A DNA stretch of 40,760 nucleotides from Clostridiales bacterium (GCA_918290775.1 CAKJZF010000068.1:1-40760), one strand, 5' to 3'; counted from the first letter of the stretch, positions 1-9,620 are shown. Notes: generated from the sequence alone by a model not told the origin. Numbers and translations are program-made.

Positions 1-56
1 ATCCATAAATATTTTTTGTTGATTTCGCAGATTTTTGGTTAAAATAGAAAATTCCC

Positions 57-85
57 TTTACAAGAGATTCAGAATGTGATATAAT
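57..85 (+). promoter_or_regulatory. sigma-70-type promoter with no CDS behind it
   Basis: TTTACA (57-62), 17-bp spacer, extended -10 TGATATAAT (77-85). The next plus-strand signal is the terminator at 131-184. Confidence 0.5.
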
Positions 86-130
86 AAATTTGTTAGGCCT
101 TTGAAAAAATAATCGATTTGGCTTCCAAAG

Positions 131-184
131 AAAAAAACGTCAGTGCATCTGTCAATCATAGCAGATACACTGACGGCTTTTTTA
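131..184. terminator. bidirectional intrinsic terminator
   Basis: 14-bp stem cgtcagtgcatctg (138-151) / cagatacactgacg (162-175) with one mismatch. An A-run lies before it and a T-run after it. It sits directly past the stop of the minus-strand gene ending at 193. Confidence 0.7.
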
Positions 185-192
185 GATTAAAT

Positions 193-1599
193 TTATCCGA
201 TTTTCTCTTTTTCCACCAAATGGCGCCCCATGATCACGCCCATGACCGACGCCATCATCAGTCCGCGCGTCCATCCGCTGGAGTCGCCGAGGCAATGAAG
301 CCCCTTGATGTTGGTGTTCAGATGTTCGTCCATCTTCACCCGGTTGCTGTAGAATTTCAGCTCGGGTGAATAGAGCAAAGTTTCATAGGAAGCAAAGCCA
401 GGAACCACCTGATCCATGGCTTGGATGAAGTTGATGATGTTGGTCATTGCGCGGTACGGCATGGCGGCTGTGATGTCGCCCGGGACCGCGTCCGGGAGCG
501 TTGGACGGACATTGGATTGCGCCAGTTCCTTTTCCCAAGTGCGCTTGCCGTCGAGGATGTCCCCAAACCGCTGAACGAGGATGTGCCCTGCTCCAAGCAT
601 ATTCGTCAGCTCTCCAACCTTTTGCGCGTATTCGATCGGCTGATTGAAGGGCACCGAAAAGTTATGCGAGCAGAGAATGGCAAGGTTGGTGTTGTCGGAT
701 TTGGTGTCCTTGAACGAATGCCCGTTAACGACGGCAAGATCGTTGTCGTAATTTTCTTGGCTGACAAATCCGCCCGGATTTTGACAGAAGGTGCGCACCT
801 TATTCTTGAACGGCGCCGGATAGCCGATGAGCTTGGATTCATACAGCACCTGATTGACCTTTTCCATGATCTCGTTGCGCACCTCAACGCGCACGCCGAT
901 GTCAACCGTTCCCGGCAGATGCGCGATGTTATGCTCCGCACAGAGCTTTTCCAGCCAATCCGCGCCGCGCCGTCCCGTTGCGATGACGGTATGCTCCGCG
1001 CGGATTTCTTCGGTCACGTCTCCGTGCGTCACGGTGACGCCGAGGCATTGCTCGCCGTCTAAAATCAGATTGTTACATTCATAGCCGAAATAAAGTTCCA
1101 CTCCATGGTCGGTCAGGTAATGCTCGATGTCGCCGTAGAGTTTGTGGGCTCGCTCGGTTCCGATATGACGGATCGGGCAATCAACCAGTTTCAATCCCGC
1201 CATGATTGCGCGTTTGCGGATCTCCTTGACCTCGTCGGTGTTGTCCTTACCCTCCACATGGGTGTCGGCTCCGAATTCGAGATAGATCCCGTCGGTATAG
1301 TCCGTCACGCTCTGCACAAGATCGGTCCCTAGCAGTTGCGGAAGGTCTCCCCCAACCTCGCAGGAGAGCGAGAGCTTGCCGTCCGAAAACGCGCCCGCGC
1401 CGGAAAAACCGGTTGTGATATGACAGAACGGCTTGCAATTCATGCAATGTCCCGTTTTCGCCTTCGGGCAACGCCGCTTTTCCACCGGTTGCCCTTTTTC
1501 CACAATCACAATTTTCTTTTTGCTTCCTTTGCGAAGCATTTCCAAAGCGGTGAAGATCCCCGCGGGTCCCGCACCGACGATGACAATATCCGTTTTCAT
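193..1599 (-). CDS. NAD(P)/FAD-dependent oxidoreductase (uncharacterised FAD dehydrogenase family)
   Basis: N-terminal DIVIVGAGPAGIFTALE dinucleotide-binding motif and a long uninterrupted ORF. The start was moved to the ATG at 1599, 8 nt after GGAAGGAAGG; the ATG at 1605 is only 2 nt from the SD. Confidence 0.85.
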   Translation of the reverse strand: MKTDIVIVGAGPAGIFTALEMLRKGSKKKIVIVEKGQPVEKRRCPKAKTGHCMNCKPFCHITTGFSGAGAFSDGKLSLSCEVGGDLPQLLGTDLVQSVTDYTDGIYLEFGADTHVEGKDNTDEVKEIRKRAIMAGLKLVDCPIRHIGTERAHKLYGDIEHYLTDHGVELYFGYECNNLILDGEQCLGVTVTHGDVTEEIRAEHTVIATGRRGADWLEKLCAEHNIAHLPGTVDIGVRVEVRNEIMEKVNQVLYESKLIGYPAPFKNKVRTFCQNPGGFVSQENYDNDLAVVNGHSFKDTKSDNTNLAILCSHNFSVPFNQPIEYAQKVGELTNMLGAGHILVQRFGDILDGKRTWEKELAQSNVRPTLPDAVPGDITAAMPYRAMTNIINFIQAMDQVVPGFASYETLLYSPELKFYSNRVKMDEHLNTNIKGLHCLGDSSGWTRGLMMASVMGVIMGRHLVEKEKIG

Positions 1600-1628
1600 G
1601 TCCATTTCCTTCCTTCCGATTCCGTATA

Positions 1629-1710
1629 AATGCCGGAGTACAAAGCAGGGGTACTCCGGCATTCACGCTTGCTATAGCTGAAGCGGATCGAACGCAACCG
1701 CTTTAGCTAT
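1629..1710 (-). terminator. two tandem hairpins downstream of asnS (weak U-tract)
   Basis: Perfect 13-bp stem aatgccggagtac (1629-1641) / gtactccggcatt (1651-1663). A second 13-bp stem with one mismatch lies at 1674-1686 / 1698-1710. The T-run is poor, so termination efficiency is uncertain. Confidence 0.45.
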
Positions 1711-1720
1711 CTCGTTCCGA

Positions 1721-3115
1721 TCAAAACTCCGCGTTTCCCACCGTGCGGGGGTACGGAATGACGTCACGGATGTTGGAGACACCCGTCAGATACATGATGA
1801 TCCGCTCAAATCCGAGCCCGAATCCGGCGTGCTTGGTTCCGCCGTAGCGGCGCAGGTTGAGATACCACCAATAATCTTCTTGCTTCAAGCCGCATTCCGC
1901 CATGCGCGAGAGAAGCACGTCGATGCGCTCTTCCCTTTGGCTTCCGCCGATGATTTCCCCGACGCCCGGAACCAAAAGATCCATCGCGGCAACGGTTTTG
2001 TTATCATCGTTGATCCGCATATAAAAGGCTTTGATTTCCTTCGGGTAGTCTACAAGGAACACCGGCTTGCCGTAGATCTGTTCGGTAAGATAACGCTCAT
2101 GCTCGGTCTGAAGATCGCATCCCCATTCCACGGGATATTTGAAGTTTGCCCCGCTCTTTTTCAAGAGGTCAATCGCCTCGGTATAGGTCACCTTTTGGTA
2201 GTCGCTCTCTGCGAGCTTGGTCAGGCGGTCGAGAAGCGTTTTGTCAACAAAGCTGTTGAAAAACTCGACTTCCTGCCGGCAATTTTCGAGAATATGACGG
2301 ATGATATATTTGATCATATCCCACGCCAGTGCCATATCGTCCTCGAGGTCGGCAAACGCGATCTCCGGCTCGATCATCCAAAATTCGGCGGCGTGTCTCG
2401 CTGTGTTGGAGTTTTCCGCGCGGAAGGTGGGGCCGAAGGTGTAGATATTGCCGAACGCCATGGCATAAGTCTCGCCTTCCAACTGTCCGGAAACAGTCAG
2501 GTTGGTGCTCTTTCCGAAAAAGTCCTGCGACCAGTCGACGCTGCCGTCCGGAAGGCGCGGCGGATTTGCCGGGTCAATGGTGGTCACTCGGAACATCTCG
2601 CCCGCCCCTTCGGCGTCGGATCCCGTGATCAGCGGTGTGTGCACATAGACAAACCCGCGGTCATGGAAGAACGAATGGATGGCATATGCCGTCTCGCTCC
2701 GAACGCGGAACACGGCGGAAAACAGGTTGGTACGCGGGCGCAGATATGCCTGCTCGCGCAAAAACTCAACGCTATGACGCTTGGGCTGAAGCGGATAATC
2801 CGGCGTGGACGGTCCCTCCACGGTGATTTCGCTCGCCTTGACTTCAAACGGCTGCTTGGCATCGGGAGTCAGCACAACAGTCCCGCGCACGATCACAGCC
2901 GAACCGACATTGAGCTTCGCGATTTCGTCATAATTGGCGATTTTCTCCCGTTCAAACACGATCTGCACAGATTTGAAACAGCTTCCGTCATTCAGGTCAA
3001 TGAATCCGAACGCTTTGCTGTCACGGATATTTCGCGCCCAACCGCCCAATGTGATTTCGATTCCGTCAAAGGATGCGTGGTTTTCAAAAAGATGTTTGTT
3101 CAGTTCTCTTTTCAT
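1721..3115 (-). CDS. asnS: asparagine--tRNA ligase
   Basis: 464 aa with a class IIb aaRS layout: N-terminal OB fold, then motifs including FRVRS, GEMF, FRAE and [20 protein letters not shown] lies upstream. Confidence 0.95.
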   Translation of the reverse strand: MKRELNKHLFENHASFDGIEITLGGWARNIRDSKAFGFIDLNDGSCFKSVQIVFEREKIANYDEIAKLNVGSAVIVRGTVVLTPDAKQPFEVKASEITVEGPSTPDYPLQPKRHSVEFLREQAYLRPRTNLFSAVFRVRSETAYAIHSFFHDRGFVYVHTPLITGSDAEGAGEMFRVTTIDPANPPRLPDGSVDWSQDFFGKSTNLTVSGQLEGETYAMAFGNIYTFGPTFRAENSNTARHAAEFWMIEPEIAFADLEDDMALAWDMIKYIIRHILENCRQEVEFFNSFVDKTLLDRLTKLAESDYQKVTYTEAIDLLKKSGANFKYPVEWGCDLQTEHERYLTEQIYGKPVFLVDYPKEIKAFYMRINDDNKTVAAMDLLVPGVGEIIGGSQREERIDVLLSRMAECGLKQEDYWWYLNLRRYGGTKHAGFGLGFERIIMYLTGVSNIRDVIPYPRTVGNAEF

Positions 3116-3168
3116 TGCATCTGTCTCCTTTCCGATGCTTGTTTTCGGGTAATTTGCCCATCCTCTTT

Positions 3169-3197
3169 ATTGTACAACTTTTTTCCTTTTTTGTCAA
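3169..3197 (-). promoter_or_regulatory. asnS promoter
   Basis: Minus strand TTGACA (3197-3192), 17 bp, TACAAT (3174-3169). Confidence 0.65.
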
Positions 3198-3220
3198 TGG
3201 TTTTTTTTATTTTCGCCCTT

Positions 3221-3252
3221 AAAAAGAGAAAGACCGCTGCAAACGGTCTTTC
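3221..3252 (-). terminator. intrinsic terminator after asnA
   Basis: Stem gaaagaccg (3228-3236) / cggtctttc (3244-3252), followed on the minus strand by CTCTTTTT. Confidence 0.8.
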
Positions 3253-3266
3253 GTTTGTGTTTTCTG

Positions 3267-4271
3267 TCAAAGCAGCGTAACGCCATGCTGTCTGCAAACG
3301 GAAAGTTCTTCTTCCGTCCAGTAGGACGACTGCACCTCGCCGATATGTGCTTTTCTCAAGAAGAACATACACATTCTCGACTGCCCGATGCCGCCCCCCA
3401 CCGTGTAAGGCAATTCCCCGTTGAGAAGCGCCCGATGGAACGGAAGGTTCGCCCGCTCCTCGCACCCGCGAACCGCAAGCTGACGGCGCAGAGCGTTCTC
3501 ATCGACCCGGATTCCCATCGAGGAAAGCTCCAGCGCAATGTCAAGCACGGGATAATAGACGATGATGTCTCCGTTGAGCGTCCAGTCATCATAGTCGGGG
3601 GCTCTGCCGTCATGGATGGCACCGCTGTGCAACGTGCCTCCGATCTGCTCGAGGAAGATCGCGCCGTACTGCTTTGCGGCGAGATATTCGCGCTCCTTCG
3701 GCGTTTTTTCGGGGTAACGATCCTCTAACTCCTGCGTGGTAATAAAGGTGATCGCTTCCGGCAGAAGCTTATCAATGAAGGAATACTCGTTGACGATGTA
3801 ATTTTCGGTATGCCGCAAAGCTGCCCAAATACACCGAACGGTGTCCCGCAGGGTTTTCTCGTTGCGCTCCTCGCGGCGGATGATCTTTTCCCAGTCCCAT
3901 TGATCCACAAACATGGAATGGAGATTATCCGTATCCTCGTCGCGCCGGATGGCGTTCATATCGGTGTAAAGACCTTCTCCGACTTCAAATCCGTACTGCC
4001 CGAGCGCATACCGCTTCCATTTGGCAAGCGAATGGACGATTTCCAGCTCGGTTCCGTCGCGCAGGTCAAACCCGACCGGACGCTCCACGCCGTTGAGATC
4101 GTCATTCAATCCGCTCTCCGGATGGACAAACAGCGGCGCGGAAACGCGCGTCAGGTTGAGTTGGGTTGCAAGGTCACGCTCAAAAAAATCCTTGACCTTT
4201 TTGATGGCATATTCGGTTTGCCGAAGGGTCAAAAATGAATGATACCCCTCGGGAATGATGGCTTTCGGCAT
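3267..4271 (-). CDS. asnA: aspartate--ammonia ligase (asparagine synthetase A)
   Basis: 334 aa with an AsnA-type sequence throughout (EGYHSFLTLRQTEYAIKKVKDFFE ... GGGIGQSRMCMFFL). RBS AAAGGGGA lies upstream. Confidence 0.93.
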   Translation of the reverse strand: MPKAIIPEGYHSFLTLRQTEYAIKKVKDFFERDLATQLNLTRVSAPLFVHPESGLNDDLNGVERPVGFDLRDGTELEIVHSLAKWKRYALGQYGFEVGEGLYTDMNAIRRDEDTDNLHSMFVDQWDWEKIIRREERNEKTLRDTVRCIWAALRHTENYIVNEYSFIDKLLPEAITFITTQELEDRYPEKTPKEREYLAAKQYGAIFLEQIGGTLHSGAIHDGRAPDYDDWTLNGDIIVYYPVLDIALELSSMGIRVDENALRRQLAVRGCEERANLPFHRALLNGELPYTVGGGIGQSRMCMFFLRKAHIGEVQSSYWTEEELSVCRQHGVTLL

Positions 4272-4289
4272 AGATATTCCCCTTTTGTT

Positions 4290-4748
4290 TTATGTTTTTT
4301 TCGTTCTCTTTTCCAAAAAGAACTGACGGATCGGCGCAAGGCATTCCTCCGCAAGGATTCCCGAGGTGACCTTGGGACGGGATTCGAGCGGCAACGCAGA
4401 AAGATCGAGCAGACTTCCGTAGGCTCCCGCTCTCGGGTCTTTTGCCCCGAACACAACGCGCCCGATCCGCGCCGCGGCGATCGCTCCCGCGCACATGGGG
4501 CAAGGCTCCAAGGTCACATACAGTGTGCAATCGGTCAGCCGCCGGCTTCCGCGCTTTCGGCAAGCCTCGCCGATGGCGAGCAATTCCGCATGGGCAACAG
4601 CGCTTTGGTCGGCTTGGGTACGATTGGAAGCCTTGGCAACCGGGTTCCCGTCCGCATCCACGATGACCGCGCCGATCGGAATCTCTCCGTTGCTCCCGGC
4701 GGTCTCCGCTTCCTTCAGTGCGGCACGCATCCACGCTCTGTCATCCAT
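4290..4748 (-). CDS. tadA: tRNA adenosine(34) deaminase
   Basis: 152 aa with the CDA zinc motifs HAE and PCPMCAGA. The ATG overlaps the stop of the upstream CPBP gene by 8 nt. Confidence 0.93.
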   Translation of the reverse strand: MDDRAWMRAALKEAETAGSNGEIPIGAVIVDADGNPVAKASNRTQADQSAVAHAELLAIGEACRKRGSRRLTDCTLYVTLEPCPMCAGAIAAARIGRVVFGAKDPRAGAYGSLLDLSALPLESRPKVTSGILAEECLAPIRQFFLEKRTKKT

Positions 4749-5760
4749 GGTAGAACACCGCGCTTCCGATCAGAAACAAAATCTGAACCGTTGTCAAGAC
4801 AAGAAAAGCGATCATCGGAGCGTTGAGAAACCGCCGGACAGCCTGCTTCGGCGTGACGCGGCAAACGGCGTATGCGTCGTCTGCAGGAACCGATTTTTCG
4901 AAGATCCCGTCCCGAAACGTCTGTTTTTTCGGCGCAAACCGAACAATCAGGATCACCGCAGAAATGATGCCGAGCATCAAAAGGGTTGCCTCGAAAACAG
5001 CACCCGCGACGGCAGAAATCCGCTCGTCGAATCCCTGCAAAAGTGTTGACTCAAACGTGGAGAGAAAATTGTTGACCAGGTGCAGAAAGATGCAATTCCA
5101 TATGCTCCCAGTGCGCTCATAGACAAGACCGAGTACCAAACCCGCTCCGAACGCATAGAAGATCTGCTCTGCATTTTGATGCATTAGCCCGAATAACAGT
5201 GCGCTGATGAAGATCGCGGTTCCCCGCCCGAACGGGAGACAATTGGTCAGAATTGCCCCGCGAAAGAGAAATTCCTCGCAGAAGGCGGGCACAAGGCACA
5301 TGACCAAAAATTCCAAGACCAACTCATACCACGCGCCCTTCCCGCTGTTTCCCCAAATCACCTCGGAGGAAAACGCTTCATAATGAAAGATGCTGACCAT
5401 GGAAGCGTTGAGATAAGCAAGCGTCCAAATGGCGGCAACGCCGCCGAACAGGATCAGCGGTAGCCACGGAGACCATTTTGCCTCCGCCCGCATGGGCTGA
5501 TACCAGTATCCCGATTTCCGAATGAACAATTTGAGGAACGCCACGGGGGTCATAAATGAGACAAGATACCCCGCCGCATAGGTCAGCTGATAGATGACCG
5601 TTGCCCGCACCTCGGAGATTTGCAGCCGGTTCAGGACAAATTTCAACCCCGTAACGGCAACGCCGAACAGGTTGAGAAACAGCAAAAAGATCAGAAGCGT
5701 GAAGCCGATTGCCCGGAGCGTTTTCCAATAGCGATATTCATTTGCTCCTTCGATTCGCAT
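4741..5760 (-). CDS. CPBP family (CAAX/Abi-like) intramembrane metalloprotease
   Basis: Polytopic membrane protein carrying the EEFLFRG, LLFGLMH and HLVNNF motifs. RBS GGAGGG lies 8 nt upstream. Confidence 0.88.
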   Translation of the reverse strand: MRIEGANEYRYWKTLRAIGFTLLIFLLFLNLFGVAVTGLKFVLNRLQISEVRATVIYQLTYAAGYLVSFMTPVAFLKLFIRKSGYWYQPMRAEAKWSPWLPLILFGGVAAIWTLAYLNASMVSIFHYEAFSSEVIWGNSGKGAWYELVLEFLVMCLVPAFCEEFLFRGAILTNCLPFGRGTAIFISALLFGLMHQNAEQIFYAFGAGLVLGLVYERTGSIWNCIFLHLVNNFLSTFESTLLQGFDERISAVAGAVFEATLLMLGIISAVILIVRFAPKKQTFRDGIFEKSVPADDAYAVCRVTPKQAVRRFLNAPMIAFLVLTTVQILFLIGSAVFYHG

Positions 5761-5803
5761 CAGCGCTTCCCTCCGATCCCCGAATGTGAAACAATTCTAA
5801 TAT

Positions 5804-5832
5804 ATTTTATCATAAAGATCGGGATTTGTAAA
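5804..5832 (-). promoter_or_regulatory. promoter for the CPBP-tadA-asnA unit
   Basis: Minus strand TTTACA (5832-5827), 17 bp, TGATAAAAT (-10 at 5809-5804). The -35 lies in the loop of the hairpin aaagatcggg/cccgatcttt that follows icd. Confidence 0.5.
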
Positions 5833-5855
5833 CCCCGATCTTTATTTTTTTCGGA

Positions 5856-7022
5856 TTAGCTCGAGATCTTTCGGATGGTTTCGAGCACGTAGTCGGCAAA
5901 CGCCGTACAGGTCGCGCCGCTCCGATCGCCCGTGACGGTAACGCGACATTCTTCCTCGGTGCAGATCCGCATGGCGTGGGCGAGCAAATCCGCCTGTTTT
6001 GTGCGGGAGATATGTCGGAGCATCATTTCAACCGCTTTAAAAAGGCTGGACGGGTTGGCGTATTCGCCCAGTCCCTCCTCGATCATGCGCGGTGCGCTTC
6101 CGTGGATGGCTTCAAACATTGCGTAACGGTCGCCGATGTTGGCGCTTCCCGCCGTACCGACGCCGCCTTGAATCTGCGCGGCTTCATCGGTGATAATATC
6201 GCCGTAAAGATTCGGCAGGAGAAACACCTGAAACCGGTTGCGGATGGCGGGGTTGACCAGATTTGCGGTCATGATGTCGATATACCAATCCTCGGCTTCG
6301 ATTTCCGGATAGTCCGCGGCAACCTCATGGCAGATTCCGGAAAAATTACCGTCGGTCTTTTTCATGATGTTCGCCTTTGTGACGATGGCAACGCGGGTCT
6401 TTCCGTTCTGTCTTGCATACTCAAACGCGGCGCGTGCAATACGGCGTGTTCCGGCATCGGTTGTCACCTTGAAATCCATCGCGAGTTTTCCGGGAATCTC
6501 GATGCCCTGACTGCCGAGGACATATTCCCCCTCGGTATTTTCGCGATAAAAAATCCAGTCGATTCCCTCTTCCGGAACCGAAACGGGGCGGACGTTGGCA
6601 TAGAGATCCAACTCCCGGCGCAAAGCGACGTTTGCGCTTTCCATGGTACCGCCCTTCGGCGTTGTGGTCGGTCCTTTGAGAAGGACATCGCAGGCTTTGA
6701 TGGCGTCAAGCGTGTCTGCGGGAACGGCTTCTCCGCGTGCCAAACGATTTTCAATCGTCAACCCTTCGATTTCGCGAAGCTCGATCCGCCCCGAAGCGAT
6801 CTCGTCGGCAAGCAACGCGTTGAGAACCCGTCTTGCCTCCCGCGTCAGAATCGGACCGATTCCGTCGCCTCCGCAAATACCGATCCGAACGGTTGCGAGC
6901 TTACTGAAATCCTTTGCCCGCTCGCCGGACTCCATGCGGATCTGCCTTGCCAGTTGCGTTTCAAGCAACGCGCGGAAATGCGCCGTTGCACGGTCAATCT
7001 GCTGTTCAAATTGCTGTTCCAT
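5856..7022 (-). CDS. icd: isocitrate dehydrogenase (isocitrate/isopropylmalate dehydrogenase family)
   Basis: 388 aa with GDGIGP, KGPTTTP..G...S.NVALRRELDLYANVRP and GDIITDEAAQIQGG motifs. It lies 12 nt downstream of aconitase, with RBS GAGGAAAA. Confidence 0.85.
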   Translation of the reverse strand: MEQQFEQQIDRATAHFRALLETQLARQIRMESGERAKDFSKLATVRIGICGGDGIGPILTREARRVLNALLADEIASGRIELREIEGLTIENRLARGEAVPADTLDAIKACDVLLKGPTTTPKGGTMESANVALRRELDLYANVRPVSVPEEGIDWIFYRENTEGEYVLGSQGIEIPGKLAMDFKVTTDAGTRRIARAAFEYARQNGKTRVAIVTKANIMKKTDGNFSGICHEVAADYPEIEAEDWYIDIMTANLVNPAIRNRFQVFLLPNLYGDIITDEAAQIQGGVGTAGSANIGDRYAMFEAIHGSAPRMIEEGLGEYANPSSLFKAVEMMLRHISRTKQADLLAHAMRICTEEECRVTVTGDRSGATCTAFADYVLETIRKISS

Positions 7023-7034
7023 CGGTTTTTCCTC

Positions 7035-8963
7035 TCAATCGGCGGCTTTGGTATATGCGAGCAGTCCGCCCGCTTTCAGAATGTCCTTTTGGCGATCCGT
7101 ATAGGCACAGGTCAGACGAATGACGGCGCCGTTGGTTTCGTCGTGTAGCGAAATGACTCCGCTGTCCATCCCCGACCAAACGCCGCTCAAGGTCAGGCGG
7201 TCTCCCTGCCGGATCCTGTCATAGTCGTCGGGATCGGCAAATGTAAGCGGCATGATTCCCGCGTTGATCAGATTTGCCGCATGAATGCGAGCGAAGCTCT
7301 TTGCGATCACGGCACGGACGCCGAGATAGAGCGGAACCAACGCCGCGTGCTCCCGTGACGACCCCTGTCCGTAATTCGCACCGCCGACAACAATTCCCTC
7401 TCCGGCGGCTTTTGCCCGATCGGCAAAGGTTTCGTCACACACCGCGAAGCAGAACCGGGAAAGGTACGGAATGTTGGAGCGGTACGGCAGGATCTTGGCG
7501 CCTGCGGGCATGATATGATCGGTTGTGATATTGTCCCCAACCTTCAGGATCAGCTCCGCCGAAAGTGTGTCTCCTTGCGGGCGGCTCTTCGGGAACTCTT
7601 TGATGTTCGGACCGCGCAAAATTTCCACACCAGCGGCTTCTTCCGGCTTCGCAGGCGGCAGAATGGCACTGTCATCAACGCGGAAGGAAGTTGGCAGCTT
7701 GACCTGCGGAGCGTTGCCCAGCAGGGTCGGGTCAGTGATTTCCCCGGTCAATGCCGCGGCTACCGCGGTCTCGGGAGAAACAAGGTAAACTTTTGCGTCG
7801 CGCGTTCCGCTTCTTCCTTCAAAATTGCGATTAAAGGTACGCAGGATGACTCCCGCCGAATTGGGCGAGAAGCCCATGCCGATGCAGGGACCGCACGCGC
7901 ATTCGAGCACGCGTGCCCCGCTGGCAAGAATATCCGATAGCGCACCGCAGTCGGCAAGCATCGTCAGAACCTGTCGCGACCCCGGAGAAATAGACAGGCT
8001 GACGCGCGGATCCACCGTTTTCCCCTTGAGCAGAGCGGCAACCTTGAGCAAATCAAGCAGGGATGAATTGGTGCAGGATCCGATGCAGACCTGATCCACG
8101 CGCGTTCCCTTCAGGCTTTCCACCGTAACAACGTTGTCCGGCATATGCGGGCAGGCGATCAACGGCTTCAGCGCGGAGAGGTCAATCTCGATCACGCGGT
8201 CATAAACGGCGTCGTCATCCGCCGCAAGCGGAAGGTAGTCGCCCTCCCGCCCTTCGGCGCGCAGAAAATCTCTCGTGATCTCATCCGACGGGAAAATCGA
8301 GGTGGTTGCCCCAAGCTCGGTTCCCATGTTGGTGATGGTGGCACGCTCGGGAACCGAAAGACTTTTGATTCCTTCCCCGCCCCATTCGATGATCGAACCG
8401 ACGCCGCCCTTGACCGACAGGATGCGAAGAATCTCCAAGCTGACGTCCTTCGCCGTAACAAACGGGCGCAAAGCGCCTTTCAATTCCACGCAAATCATCC
8501 GCGGCATGGTAATGTAGTATGCACCGCCGCCCATCGCAACCGCAACATCCAGTCCTCCCGCACCGAACGCGAGCATCCCGATGCCGCCGCCTGTCGGTGT
8601 GTGGCTGTCCGATCCGATCAGCGTTTTCCCGGGAATGCCGAACCGCTCCAGATGCACCTGATGACAGATGCCGTTGCCGGGGCGGGAAAAATAGATCCCG
8701 TGCTTCTTCGCAACCGATTGGATATAGCGATGATCGTCCGCGTTTTCAAATCCGGATTGCAGGGTGTTGTGGTCGATATATGCCACGCTGCGTTCGGTTT
8801 TGACGCGGTCGATGCCCATCGCTTCAAACTCCAGATATGCCATGGTTCCCGTTGCGTCCTGCGTCAGAGTCTGATCAATGCGCAGCGCGATCTCCTCCCC
8901 GGCAATCATATTGCCCGAAACCAGGTGATTTTTGATGATTTTTTGTGCCAGTGTCAATCCCAT
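7035..8963 (-). CDS. aconitate hydratase (about 640-aa monomeric type)
   Basis: 642 aa with IDQTLTQDATG, GSDSHT, and Cys ligands in CIGSCTNS and CGPCIG. The C-terminal swivel domain carries YGQGSSREHAA. Confidence 0.93.
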   Translation of the reverse strand: MGLTLAQKIIKNHLVSGNMIAGEEIALRIDQTLTQDATGTMAYLEFEAMGIDRVKTERSVAYIDHNTLQSGFENADDHRYIQSVAKKHGIYFSRPGNGICHQVHLERFGIPGKTLIGSDSHTPTGGGIGMLAFGAGGLDVAVAMGGGAYYITMPRMICVELKGALRPFVTAKDVSLEILRILSVKGGVGSIIEWGGEGIKSLSVPERATITNMGTELGATTSIFPSDEITRDFLRAEGREGDYLPLAADDDAVYDRVIEIDLSALKPLIACPHMPDNVVTVESLKGTRVDQVCIGSCTNSSLLDLLKVAALLKGKTVDPRVSLSISPGSRQVLTMLADCGALSDILASGARVLECACGPCIGMGFSPNSAGVILRTFNRNFEGRSGTRDAKVYLVSPETAVAAALTGEITDPTLLGNAPQVKLPTSFRVDDSAILPPAKPEEAAGVEILRGPNIKEFPKSRPQGDTLSAELILKVGDNITTDHIMPAGAKILPYRSNIPYLSRFCFAVCDETFADRAKAAGEGIVVGGANYGQGSSREHAALVPLYLGVRAVIAKSFARIHAANLINAGIMPLTFADPDDYDRIRQGDRLTLSGVWSGMDSGVISLHDETNGAVIRLTCAYTDRQKDILKAGGLLAYTKAAD

Positions 8964-8966
8964 GGG

Positions 8967-9608
8967 TCAGGTTCCTCTTTTCAGAATGTGGTTTGCCGCG
9001 TTTGTAATATGTTCGACGGTAAATTGCTCGGCGTGTGCGGCATCATGCGCGGCGATCGCTTCAAAAATGGCGCGATGTTCGCTTGCCGACTGTTTGGCGC
9101 GGCTTTGATTTTCGACCGACGCTTTGCGGTATTTCTGCACCTTTTTGTGCAACGGCATCAAGGTGTCATAGAAAACCGAACTCCCGCTGAATCGGTAAAT
9201 CAGCTGATGGAATTTGCTGTCGTAAATCTTGATGTGATCCGCGTCGTGCCGCGGTACGTAAAATTCCTGCAGCTCCAGCGTCTCGCGAAGTTCCGCCAGT
9301 TGTTCCTCGGTGATGTTCTCTGCCGCCATCCGAGACGCAATTCCTTCAATCCGCATCCGAATGTCGAAAATGTCCGCCAAATCCTGCTGCGTGACCCCGA
9401 GCACCAAAAAGCCTTTTTGGGTGATCTCAATCAGATGCTCCTGCTCCAAACGGTGCAATGCCTCCCGGATCGGCGTCCGGCTTACGCCGAGGTCGCTGAC
9501 AAGCATCATTTCCGTGAGCAGTTCTCCTCTTTGATAGTTGCCGGAGAGTATTTCGTTCTCCAACCGTTCAAAGACCTGCTCCGCCAATGAAATCGATTTA
9601 TGTTCCAT
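8967..9608 (-). CDS. GntR family transcriptional regulator (FadR/FCD subfamily)
   Basis: N-terminal winged HTH (LVSDLGVSRTPIREAL) plus a helical C-terminal FCD-like domain. The start was chosen as the second ATG (9608), 5 nt after AGGAGGG. Confidence 0.9.
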   Translation of the reverse strand: MEHKSISLAEQVFERLENEILSGNYQRGELLTEMMLVSDLGVSRTPIREALHRLEQEHLIEITQKGFLVLGVTQQDLADIFDIRMRIEGIASRMAAENITEEQLAELRETLELQEFYVPRHDADHIKIYDSKFHQLIYRFSGSSVFYDTLMPLHKKVQKYRKASVENQSRAKQSASEHRAIFEAIAAHDAAHAEQFTVEHITNAANHILKRGT

Positions 9609-9620
9609 CATACCCTCCTA

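Noticed and set aside
118-369. 83-aa plus-strand ORF at the window start
   Set aside because: It starts at a non-ATG codon without an RBS, reads straight through a strong terminator, and then runs antisense to the oxidoreductase gene.
3116-3266. T-box riboswitch upstream of asnS
   Set aside because: Only about 105 nt remain between the asnA terminator and the asnS start, and a promoter and RBS occupy that space. This is too short for a T-box leader, and no T-box consensus is seen.
1829-3280. Long antisense ORFs opposite conserved genes (also 5976-7148, 8145-9590, 9921-10916, 11816-13414, 14962-15996, 18787-19713, 22621-23649, 23839-24687, 27489-28607, 36431-37534, 38195-39157)
   Set aside because: Each lies fully within and opposite a gene with clear family motifs. 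They show shadow-frame composition and lack start signals, so none is reported as a CDS.
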